64,000 bases of DNA from an uncultured virus (IMG/VR IMGVR_UViG_3300044674_003822) (lineage: Duplodnaviria > Heunggongvirae > Uroviricota > Caudoviricetes): the IMG/VR virus record IMGVR_UViG_3300044674_003822, positions 1 to 64,000 of that record. One strand, 5' to 3'. The notes beneath the pieces were generated by a model. It saw only the letters and a program-made list of their open reading frames with translations. It had not been told where the DNA came from and ran no database searches. This document shows positions 16,469 through 25,631 of the stretch, one piece after another. Each line of letters starts with the position of its first letter. Within the stretch, counting starts at the first letter, position 1. The position numbers and the translations under genes were made by a program.

Positions 16469-18940
16469 ATGAAAGTTTATAATAAGATAGTTTACGACAA
16501 AGACAACAACATCATAGAAGAAGATTCCTACGACTACGACGGCCCTGTTGCCCAGGCCAGAAAGGCTTATACATCCGGAACGGCCCGACCATCGAAAAAT
16601 ACTACGTCAAACTCTAGCAAATTCCAAACAAGATTCAGCGGCAATAAAAATTTACACAAAGAGACTATAGGACGTACCAACAATAATGATTATGAGGGAG
16701 TGACCGCTCCTAGTAACAATGGCGGATCCTCAAAATCTTATCCAGGGTCAGCCGCAAATTCAATGATAGAATTGGGGAAGTTATCTATCTCGGATAATTT
16801 GGTGCCCAATCCACTTTTCAAATATGCCAGTTACAACACCATATTCACACTGAGCGCCATGAATCAGGCCGAACTGAAGGATCCCCAAACTCTTTTTAAG
16901 GGTGCACCACACGACATCATAGTGAGGAGTGGGGGAATAGGAGATCCGCGGGTCAGCACCAACGCAGAACCTGGAGTGGCCAAGGCGGTGAGAGAAAAAA
17001 TTTCAGAAAAGGCACAGCAGGTGATGGACGATGCACAGGCGGTCCTTGCACAAGGGCGTGACTTATACTTCAACAGCGTTCGAATGGAGAACATTCCAAG
17101 TTTGAATGAGAGACGTAGGCTCACTTCCGTCACAAGCGTTGAAATGGAAATAACAGAACCAATGGGGATAAGTCTTTTAGACAAGATACGTGGTGCGGCC
17201 GCCAACTGCAACTTCTTGGATCATATCAATGCCCCATATTTGTTGACAATGGAATTCAAAGGGTATGACGAGTTGGGCAACATAATATCAGAGAAAGACC
17301 AAAAAGTACTACAAAGGAAGATACCTATTAAGTTGATATCTATGAACATAACTGTAAATCAAGGTAGTACTGTCTATACCATGAAAGCAGTACCCTACAA
17401 CGAACGAGGGTTTTTCAATAATCCCACATACCTGCGTACTTCGGGACAGATACTGGCAGGCGATAACATACAAGATTCAATGAACAATGTCGCTAACCTA
17501 CTGAACAAGCAGGTGAAGGATGAAAAGGATGACAAGATGATCGAGATACCGGACACATACCAAATCGTGGTAGACGAACTGTTCAGAGATGAAAAGCCAA
17601 TGCAGGGCAATTTAGGTACCATGGACATAGCAGTGGGAGAGCAGGATCAAAAATTTTCCAACCAAGGAGTTGGTGGACAATCACCAGGACCACAGAGAGG
17701 TCAACAAGGCAAGAAACCAAGAAAGGCCGGCACTGTCAAACAGGGAGACAACATACTCACTATAATGTCAGAGCTGATGAAATCACTACCGAGGTTCCAG
17801 GAGGAAGGATCCATAGACAAATTCATGGCCGCGATCAAGAACAGCACCGAGGAAATGTATTTTGACTATTTCATGATCGAAGCCAGTGTGGTGCCCGATC
17901 CTAACCAGTTTGACCGTCTCAGGGGTGTCCATCCCAGTACGATAACTTACAACATAGTTCCATACAAGGTACATGCGTATTCTCTTGCGGAACCAGGCAC
18001 CAGCACAGGTACCAATTTTGAACCATTTGTCAAAAAGGCATACAACTACATATTCACAGGCGACAACGTGGACATATTAGACCTCAGTATTAATTACAAA
18101 GTGGCCTATTTCTCGTCCAAGCTCAAAGACATAGAGGGCAAATCCAGTGGAGACAAACTGGCCAGTAAACCAAAAAAACCAGAAACGGTGAAAAAAGGAG
18201 ATCCAGAAACAGTGGATCCTTTTCTTGGACCAGGATTCATACACCAATCACAACCTGGAGTGGCCAAGTCAGTAACTAGTGGTATAAACAAAGGACCTTC
18301 CACGGCGTTGGATCAACGTATGGACGCACTGTCAAATCCAAAAGGAGACATGGTCAAGGTAGACATGACCATTCTAGGTGATCCAGCATACTTGGGGCAG
18401 ACCCAGTTCATACCTACCACTGCCGACAAGGACATATTAGCCGCTAACCAGAAAAAACTGTCATTCTCGTCAGGCAACAGAATGGTGTGGAACGAGATAT
18501 TTGGCAACTACAACATGGGGTTCGGAGACACAGTGGTAAGGCTGACCTTCCGTTCGCCAGCAGATGTCAACGACAAACTCGGTATATATGATATCAATGA
18601 GCAGGAGCAGATACAGTTCTCCGGTTTGTACAGAGTTATAAAAGTAATCAGCACATTCGCAGATGGCAAGTTCACGCAGGTGCTTGAGATGGTGAGATTC
18701 AAAAACCAGGGAGACAAACCAAAGGTCTATGCGGAGAAATCTTACATAAAACCAAACATTCATGACAACAGACCCGGAATGCTAGGAGACGGATTAGTAG
18801 AGTTGGGAGAGTACAATGCCTTAAGGGCAGACATCAGGGATAGTTTTAGGGGTGGATTCAGTGGTCTAGTTAAAAAAGTAGCCGACGCCGCCCAGGATAA
18901 ATTAAAAGAAAAACTAGGGATTAATATACACAGGAAATAA
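16469..18940 (+). CDS. Baseplate hub protein (gp27-like)
   Basis: Lies between gp53 and gp5; MEITEPMG, MTILGDPAYL, FSGLYRVIKVISTF.DGKFTQ.L hub-like motifs. Confidence 0.6.
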   Translation: MKVYNKIVYDKDNNIIEEDSYDYDGPVAQARKAYTSGTARPSKNTTSNSSKFQTRFSGNKNLHKETIGRTNNNDYEGVTAPSNNGGSSKSYPGSAANSMIELGKLSISDNLVPNPLFKYASYNTIFTLSAMNQAELKDPQTLFKGAPHDIIVRSGGIGDPRVSTNAEPGVAKAVREKISEKAQQVMDDAQAVLAQGRDLYFNSVRMENIPSLNERRRLTSVTSVEMEITEPMGISLLDKIRGAAANCNFLDHINAPYLLTMEFKGYDELGNIISEKDQKVLQRKIPIKLISMNITVNQGSTVYTMKAVPYNERGFFNNPTYLRTSGQILAGDNIQDSMNNVANLLNKQVKDEKDDKMIEIPDTYQIVVDELFRDEKPMQGNLGTMDIAVGEQDQKFSNQGVGGQSPGPQRGQQGKKPRKAGTVKQGDNILTIMSELMKSLPRFQEEGSIDKFMAAIKNSTEEMYFDYFMIEASVVPDPNQFDRLRGVHPSTITYNIVPYKVHAYSLAEPGTSTGTNFEPFVKKAYNYIFTGDNVDILDLSINYKVAYFSSKLKDIEGKSSGDKLASKPKKPETVKKGDPETVDPFLGPGFIHQSQPGVAKSVTSGINKGPSTALDQRMDALSNPKGDMVKVDMTILGDPAYLGQTQFIPTTADKDILAANQKKLSFSSGNRMVWNEIFGNYNMGFGDTVVRLTFRSPADVNDKLGIYDINEQEQIQFSGLYRVIKVISTFADGKFTQVLEMVRFKNQGDKPKVYAEKSYIKPNIHDNRPGMLGDGLVELGEYNALRADIRDSFRGGFSGLVKKVADAAQDKLKEKLGINIHRK

Positions 18941-18942
18941 CA

Positions 18943-21678
18943 ATGTCAGGATTACACAATTACGTCAGCGGTGACGCTTCAACTCCCAAGGCACCGGGTG
19001 TCAACGAGGATTGGGGTAAACTATCGCCGGGTCCATATGTGGGTGTGGTCAAATCAAACAACGATCCCTTAAGGGCCGGCAGGCTCAAGGTGTTGATACC
19101 TTCACTGAAAGGTAGCACCGGATCGGATTTCGATGGTCTCATAGACTGTGACTACCTGTCTCCGTTCTATGGCAACAAAGGATTATCATACATCAAGCAA
19201 GGATACAAACACACAGACTCCCAGTTCTCATACGGATTCTGGGCAGTACCACCTGACCTAGAGACCAGGGTACTGGTGATATTCGCAGAGGGCAAGATAG
19301 AGGAAGCGTTCTGGATAGGATGTGTGCAGGAGCCACTTACAAACCACATGACACCAGGTATAGCCTCTTCTTTCAGAACAAGAGACTCTGACAACCAGAG
19401 CACCCAAGATGAATATGGTTCGGAGAATCTACCTGCGGGTGAAGTCAACAGACTCATGGACATCGATGAAAACAATTTCGACCAGGCACCCATGCCGATA
19501 CACCCACTCGCAGACACATTGATGACACAGGGTCTGAGCAAAGACAACATCAGGGGAAACACCACATCTTCGGCACAAAGGGAAGCACCAAGCCAGGTGT
19601 TTGGCATGAGCACACCGGGTAGACTCAACCCTGGCGCAACACCGGTCAAGGTCGGAGCAAAGGATTCCGAGGCCGAGGCCATAGTGGACAGGTTGTCCGG
19701 ACACACATTCGTCATGGACGATGGTGCAGAAGACGGCACTAACCAACTGACAAGATTACGTACGTCATCAGGACACCAGTTGCTGATGCACGACTCAGAA
19801 GGAATAGTGTACATAGCCAACGCATCAGGTAACGCCTGGATAGAGATGAACAAGGAAGGCAGGATAGACATTTACTCTGGTGTGGGAGGTATCAACATGA
19901 GGACACAGGGTGACTTCAACCTACACGCCGACGCCAACATCAACATGCACGCCGGCCAGAGTGTACGTATGTCAGCACCAGGAACAGATGACGTGTATTA
20001 CAAGCCAGATGACTTACCGGTCAAGAAAGGACAGAAGTCAACTGCTGATATAAAAGTCCCTAGGAGACCAGGAGAGATATTGATGTCAACAGACTACCTG
20101 CAGACAATGGCGGAAAAAGGTGTGTTCACAAGTTCTCAGGATGGACAGATCTCCACATACGCTAAAGGTGGTATGTTCTCGTACACAGACGGGCAGGTGC
20201 TGGTGGGAGCCGGAGGACAGATACACTTGGCCGGTGCACAGGTACATTTCAATTCAATTGCGGCCAGTGACAAGTGGGGACCTAAATGGTTGAAACCATC
20301 CGAAGTTGGCATGGAGCCTAGACTAGAGGGAGACGTGGATTTGACCAAGAAGGGCATAGAGCCATTGGCACCATTCACCAAACAGACCAAGACAACAGTA
20401 CACAGATTCATAACACACGAACCGGTGCCAAGGTTCAAAGGATTCTCAGCCGACGGTTTAATGCCGAATTTCGATGAAAACTCTGATATGATGGACAGTA
20501 AACAATGGTACAAACTTTCAGCCACACCAGGGACAGTGGAATTCATGGAACAGCAAAACAGACTGAGCCCAATCGCCGCTGTTAGAGACGGACAGGCACA
20601 GGCTGACATGGAAAGGATCGCTAGGGACCAGATGGGAACATCTACAGATCCCAAAAAGGCCAGGGCGATACTGGCAAACGTTGGGAAACTTTATGACAAG
20701 AAATTTAACATAGCCTCTTTATCAAAAGACAAATGGGACCTGGCAGACAGCATCAGCAGTAAGTTCGCGGGTTTCAATGTTTCAGACAAAGCAAGTGATG
20801 TCCTCAACAACACAACGAAGAAACTGGCAGATCAGGTCATAGACACAATATCTGGATCAGATGCAGTTGCCATGTTCAAGGACAATGTTTTCGTTAACCA
20901 AGCAGGAGAACTTTTCGCACTGGGTGGAGGAGCAGACTTCTCTAAACTTGCGGCGGGAAATGTTAAGGGATTCGCGACAGATGTAGGGTCCAAAGCACTG
21001 GCCAACGTGGCCAACGACACATTCCAGAAGGCGGTGGGAGACCTCACCAAGAGGAAGGCCATAGGTGTGGACAAGTGGGGCAACATCGTATATGAACGAT
21101 CGGTTTTACCAAGTTCCGTAGCCGGCATAGACATATCCGGCATCGCGGGCAACATCAACATAGCCAACCTTGCATCCATAGGTGACCTCAAGGCCGCGAC
21201 CAACGTGTTCAAGAACGTGGTGGCAGGACAGGTTACATCTGCAGTCACGTCGACGGCAATATCGGCCATAAAAGGACAGGCATCGTCCTTCATAACAGGA
21301 TTTTTAGGAAAAAGCACAGCGAGAGAATTGGCCCGTGTCGGAGGAGTGAATGCGGCCAGCAGTCTAGGACTCAAGATAGGAGCAACCAAGTTGCCACAAC
21401 TTTTAGGTGGACAAACAATTAGTTCTGTGGCATCATCTATCGGTAGTTTCTTCAGTTCAGGATTCGGTTTCAGTGATGAAAGACTGAAAGAAGACATAAG
21501 ATTTGTTGGCAAATCGTACGCAGGAATTAACATATATTCATTTAAATACAAACAACTGCCTGGTAGGTACATGGGAGTAATGGCACAAGAAGTCCCATGG
21601 GCTAGGCACATGACAGACACTGGTTACTATGCTGTGGATTACAGCAAGGTGGATGTGGAATTTAGGAGGTTACATTAA
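18943..21678 (+). CDS. gp5: Baseplate spike (gp5/VgrG-like) with long C-terminal extension and peptidase S74 chaperone domain
   Basis: OB-fold GPYVGVVKSNNDPLRAGRLKV, SYGFWAVPPD; GHTFVMDDG...RLRTSSGHQLLMHD beta-helix region; C-terminal FSDERLKEDI...IYSFKY...GVMAQEV...AVDYSKV. Confidence 0.85.
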   Translation: MSGLHNYVSGDASTPKAPGVNEDWGKLSPGPYVGVVKSNNDPLRAGRLKVLIPSLKGSTGSDFDGLIDCDYLSPFYGNKGLSYIKQGYKHTDSQFSYGFWAVPPDLETRVLVIFAEGKIEEAFWIGCVQEPLTNHMTPGIASSFRTRDSDNQSTQDEYGSENLPAGEVNRLMDIDENNFDQAPMPIHPLADTLMTQGLSKDNIRGNTTSSAQREAPSQVFGMSTPGRLNPGATPVKVGAKDSEAEAIVDRLSGHTFVMDDGAEDGTNQLTRLRTSSGHQLLMHDSEGIVYIANASGNAWIEMNKEGRIDIYSGVGGINMRTQGDFNLHADANINMHAGQSVRMSAPGTDDVYYKPDDLPVKKGQKSTADIKVPRRPGEILMSTDYLQTMAEKGVFTSSQDGQISTYAKGGMFSYTDGQVLVGAGGQIHLAGAQVHFNSIAASDKWGPKWLKPSEVGMEPRLEGDVDLTKKGIEPLAPFTKQTKTTVHRFITHEPVPRFKGFSADGLMPNFDENSDMMDSKQWYKLSATPGTVEFMEQQNRLSPIAAVRDGQAQADMERIARDQMGTSTDPKKARAILANVGKLYDKKFNIASLSKDKWDLADSISSKFAGFNVSDKASDVLNNTTKKLADQVIDTISGSDAVAMFKDNVFVNQAGELFALGGGADFSKLAAGNVKGFATDVGSKALANVANDTFQKAVGDLTKRKAIGVDKWGNIVYERSVLPSSVAGIDISGIAGNINIANLASIGDLKAATNVFKNVVAGQVTSAVTSTAISAIKGQASSFITGFLGKSTARELARVGGVNAASSLGLKIGATKLPQLLGGQTISSVASSIGSFFSSGFGFSDERLKEDIRFVGKSYAGINIYSFKYKQLPGRYMGVMAQEVPWARHMTDTGYYAVDYSKVDVEFRRLH

Positions 21679-22100
21679 TGGCATACGGTGATTCAGGAGA
21701 CGGTGGTTCAGGCGCTCTATCAGACAAGCAAGTTTCCTTCAAAGGATTCAGCAGTCGTGCTGACCAGAAGAATTTCAAGTTGTATGATTTCGAAGTTGCC
21801 AAACAGGACCTTATCAACCGACTCTCTATTCGTAAAGGCGAGCGTGTTGAGAACCCAGAATTTGGCACAATAATATATGATGCCATATTCGAACCATTCA
21901 CAGAGGCACTAAAAGATGCCATCATAGATGATGTTACGGCTAATCTCAATGCAGATCCACGTCTATCAACAGAGGAAATACTAGTTTCTGAGGCAGAACA
22001 GGGCATAGCCATACAGGCAACAATAACATATGTGCCATTGAATATCACAGAGAAATTACAATTTAATTTCGACGAAAACTCGTTGCTACGCCTATCTTAA
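21678..22100 (+). CDS. gp25: Baseplate wedge subunit (gp25-like)
   Basis: KQDLINRLSIRKGERVENPEFGTIIYDAIFEP...DPR. Confidence 0.9.
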   Translation: MAYGDSGDGGSGALSDKQVSFKGFSSRADQKNFKLYDFEVAKQDLINRLSIRKGERVENPEFGTIIYDAIFEPFTEALKDAIIDDVTANLNADPRLSTEEILVSEAEQGIAIQATITYVPLNITEKLQFNFDENSLLRLS

Positions 22101-22120
22101 TATACGCATATTTCCTAACA

Positions 22121-22128
22121 CATAAATA
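22121..22128 (+). promoter_or_regulatory. Putative late promoter CATAAATA
   Basis: In the intergenic gap before gp6; TATACGCA occurs upstream here (22101) and at 7412. Confidence 0.55.
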
Positions 22129-22142
22129 TCGTTGTATATACT

Positions 22143-25100
22143 ATGGCCACAACAGACAGACAGAACAGATTATTAGTTGCGGAAGATTGGCAGAAGATCT
22201 ACCAGTCATTCCAGCAGGCAGATTTCAAATCCTACGATTTTGAAACACTACGTAGAACAATGGTGGCATATCTACGTGAGAACTATCCAGACGATTTCAA
22301 CGATTTCGTGGAAAGTTCGGAGTACGTTGCACTCATAGATCTAATCGCCTACATAGCACAGGCTTTGAGTTTCAGGGTTGATCTAAACGCTAGGGAAAAT
22401 TTCTTAGAAACCGCAGAAAGAAGAGACTCGGTACTAAGACTTGCACGTCTTATAAATTACAACGCCAAAAGAAATAGGCCAGCAACAGGGCTCTTGAAAA
22501 TTAATTCTATGTCTACAACACAGGACGTGGTAGACAGTTCAGGCACAAACCTATCAAACCAAACTGTTATCTGGAATGACTCTGCAAACAGCAATTACAG
22601 AGAACAGTTTATTGCGATATTGAATGCCGCTAACCAAACAGGACAACTTTTTGGAAATCCAAGGGAGTCAGGACCCATCGGTGGAATAGATACAGAAGTA
22701 TACACTTTAAGTTCCAACCAGATCGATCTGCCTTTGTTCAAGTATGTCAAGTCTATTGGCGGAGTATCAAGACAGTTTGAAATAGTACCAAGCACAATAA
22801 ACAATTCTGATTCAATTTATGAATCAGATCCTATCCCGGGCACAGGCCTGACCTACACTTATAGATCAGACGGCGGCGGTGACAGTTCCAACAACACAGG
22901 ATTCTTTTTCTTGTTCAAGCAAGGAACCATGCAGTATGCAGACTTCACAGTGGACACAGCAATCACGAATTACATTAGATCCATAACGGTTAACAATATC
23001 AATGACTCGGACGTGTGGCTGTACAAGTTGGACCAGTTCGGACAGATGTCAGAGAAATGGACACAGGTACCTGCACTATCTGGAAACAACGCAATTTATA
23101 ACTCTCTATCAGGCTCGGAAAGAAACATCTACAATGTTGTTACTAAGGCAGATGATAAGATAGATCTAGTTTTTGGAGACGGAACTTTTTCTAATCTCCC
23201 CCTAGGGTCTTTTAGGACATATCACAGGATAAGCGACAACGTAAAATACGCTATAACACCTGCAGACATGCAGAACGTGACTTTATCAGTTCCTTACACA
23301 GACAACTTTGGAGCACAACAGAGCCTTACATTGTCAGTGGGATTAAGACAGTCGGTTTACAATTCCGCGGCCGCAGAAACCAGTGAGTCGATAAAAGAAA
23401 AAGCCGCACAGGTTTATTATTCACAGAATAGGATGATCACAGCAGAGGATTATCAAGTGGTACCCCTTTCAGCATCACAAGAAATAGTAAAAGTTAGATC
23501 TATTAACAGATCAGCCTCAGGAATTTCAAGAGCCAAGGAGATACTCGACCCATCAGGTGCATATTCAAATGTCAGTGTTTTTGCAGATGACGGAATATTA
23601 TACAGAGAAGAATCAACACAACAATTTACTTTCACGTTCAACAACAGGGGTGACATACAATCAATAATGGACGGTTCAATAGAAAACAAACTGAAACAAC
23701 CATACTCGAGACACTTCTACTATTTCAAATATGGGACGAAAGATCTCAGCACATTAACTGCCACGTGGAATTCAACTACTACATCCACGAACACCAATAC
23801 CGGATACTTTACTTCTACAGGTGCATTGTCGATCGGTGATTTTGCAACTTCTAATTTTAAATTCGCAAAGCCGGGTGCATTGGTTAAATTCACTTCACCA
23901 GACACACGAGGGTTTTTAAACGATTCCTTAGTTACAGCAGGAACAGATGATGCTCAAGACAGGAAATGGGCCAAGATAGGTGCATTAGTAGGAGATGGCG
24001 CAAACAGCGGTGTAGGTAACCTTGAGTCGGGTGTTGGACCTGTGACGTTGAGTAGTGTGATACCTAACGGTGCAGTTGCAAGTGCAGTGATACCGAATTT
24101 CACAACTTCATTTGCACAAGACCTAGAGTTGAACATGATGGATAGAATAGAACAATTTGAAGAGTTCGGTCTAAGATACGATATTAATTCGGAAACATGG
24201 AAAGTTATTACAGCAACAAATTTAAGCACTTCGTCTGTTTTCAGCCTTGATAACACAGGTGATACCTCAGCAACTAATTTAGATGCAAGTTGGTGGTTCA
24301 AGTTCACCAATGACGGAAACACGTACACAGTGACATACAGGAAGTTGGAATATATATTTGAATCTGAATCACAGAACAAGTTTCACTACGACACAGAAGA
24401 AAAAATTTACGATTACAAGACAGGAAAAAGTGTTAAGGACACAGTAAAAGTACTAAAAACTAATTCATTAATATCTACAGGCAACAGCATAGGTTACCCT
24501 ATTACATGGCAAGTGACAGACACAGTGAAAGAAGCAGACGGTTTCCAAGACAACAGGAAAGTCAAGGTTGGCTTCTATGATGATGACGACGACGGTGTTG
24601 TAGACAATCCTGAACTTTTTGATATTATTGTGGAGCCAACATTATCTGAAAGCACCAAATTTGTATTTTTTGAAAAATACACATCCTATGACAACATATC
24701 AAGATTTAGACCATACGCGGCATCAAACTTTGTGGTGACACAAAATGAATCAGATATAAATCTTAACACTGCCACGTACACAGATAATCAGTTGTTTTAC
24801 TTTTACGCATCAGATGAGGACGTGATAAAGAAGTACGACTTGTCTACCAACACACTTTCAACTACCACAGATTACTTGGCTAGAAAGGGTAGAAGGTCTA
24901 TAAATTTCCAATACAAGCACAACGCAGGACAAGAGACAAGGATAGATCCTAGTGTCTCTAACATTGTAGATGTCTACATGCTGGAGAGAACTTATGATAA
25001 CCTTTACAGGATTTGGTTGCAGGACGGAGGTGTAAAACCTGCCACATCAACTTCAGACCAACTAAGGATTAATTATTCGGGTACTCTAAATCCATTGAAG

Positions 25101-25631
25101 TCACTTTCTGATCAGATAGTGTATCATCCGGTCAAGTACAAGATACTTTTCGGTAGCAACGCGGACGAGGAATTACAAGCCACGTTCAAAGTAGTTAAGA
25201 ATCCTAAAACCAATGTGACAGACGCAGTAATAAAGACAAGAGTAGTTGCGGCAATAAACGAATTCTTTGCACTGGACAACTGGGATTTTGGAGATACATT
25301 TTATTTTACAGAATTAGCCGCTTACATACACAATCAATTGGCTCCGGATCTGTTGACAGCAGTGATAGTTCCTAACCAATCAGGACAGGGTTTTGGGTCT
25401 CTGTTCCAGATAGATTCAGCGTCAGACGAAATTTTCATCAGTGGGGCCACCGTTGGTGATGTAACAATAATAAGTGCATTGGGAGCCAATCAGTTATTGG
25501 CATCCGGCACAGTTGTGACATCAACATCAACTGCCACGAACAATACTACATCAGGATCAGCAGTATCAGGCTCTACTACAACAACGTCCGGTTCAGGTTC
25601 AAACACCGGCAGTAGTGGATCAGGATACTAA
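22143..25631 (+). CDS. gp6: Baseplate wedge protein (gp6-like)
   Basis: DFETLRRTMVAYL, FRVDLNARENFLETAERRDSVLRLARLINY, FGDG, QNRMITAEDY. Confidence 0.88.
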   Translation: MATTDRQNRLLVAEDWQKIYQSFQQADFKSYDFETLRRTMVAYLRENYPDDFNDFVESSEYVALIDLIAYIAQALSFRVDLNARENFLETAERRDSVLRLARLINYNAKRNRPATGLLKINSMSTTQDVVDSSGTNLSNQTVIWNDSANSNYREQFIAILNAANQTGQLFGNPRESGPIGGIDTEVYTLSSNQIDLPLFKYVKSIGGVSRQFEIVPSTINNSDSIYESDPIPGTGLTYTYRSDGGGDSSNNTGFFFLFKQGTMQYADFTVDTAITNYIRSITVNNINDSDVWLYKLDQFGQMSEKWTQVPALSGNNAIYNSLSGSERNIYNVVTKADDKIDLVFGDGTFSNLPLGSFRTYHRISDNVKYAITPADMQNVTLSVPYTDNFGAQQSLTLSVGLRQSVYNSAAAETSESIKEKAAQVYYSQNRMITAEDYQVVPLSASQEIVKVRSINRSASGISRAKEILDPSGAYSNVSVFADDGILYREESTQQFTFTFNNRGDIQSIMDGSIENKLKQPYSRHFYYFKYGTKDLSTLTATWNSTTTSTNTNTGYFTSTGALSIGDFATSNFKFAKPGALVKFTSPDTRGFLNDSLVTAGTDDAQDRKWAKIGALVGDGANSGVGNLESGVGPVTLSSVIPNGAVASAVIPNFTTSFAQDLELNMMDRIEQFEEFGLRYDINSETWKVITATNLSTSSVFSLDNTGDTSATNLDASWWFKFTNDGNTYTVTYRKLEYIFESESQNKFHYDTEEKIYDYKTGKSVKDTVKVLKTNSLISTGNSIGYPITWQVTDTVKEADGFQDNRKVKVGFYDDDDDGVVDNPELFDIIVEPTLSESTKFVFFEKYTSYDNISRFRPYAASNFVVTQNESDINLNTATYTDNQLFYFYASDEDVIKKYDLSTNTLSTTTDYLARKGRRSINFQYKHNAGQETRIDPSVSNIVDVYMLERTYDNLYRIWLQDGGVKPATSTSDQLRINYSGTLNPLKSLSDQIVYHPVKYKILFGSNADEELQATFKVVKNPKTNVTDAVIKTRVVAAINEFFALDNWDFGDTFYFTELAAYIHNQLAPDLLTAVIVPNQSGQGFGSLFQIDSASDEIFISGATVGDVTIISALGANQLLASGTVVTSTSTATNNTTSGSAVSGSTTTTSGSGSNTGSSGSGY

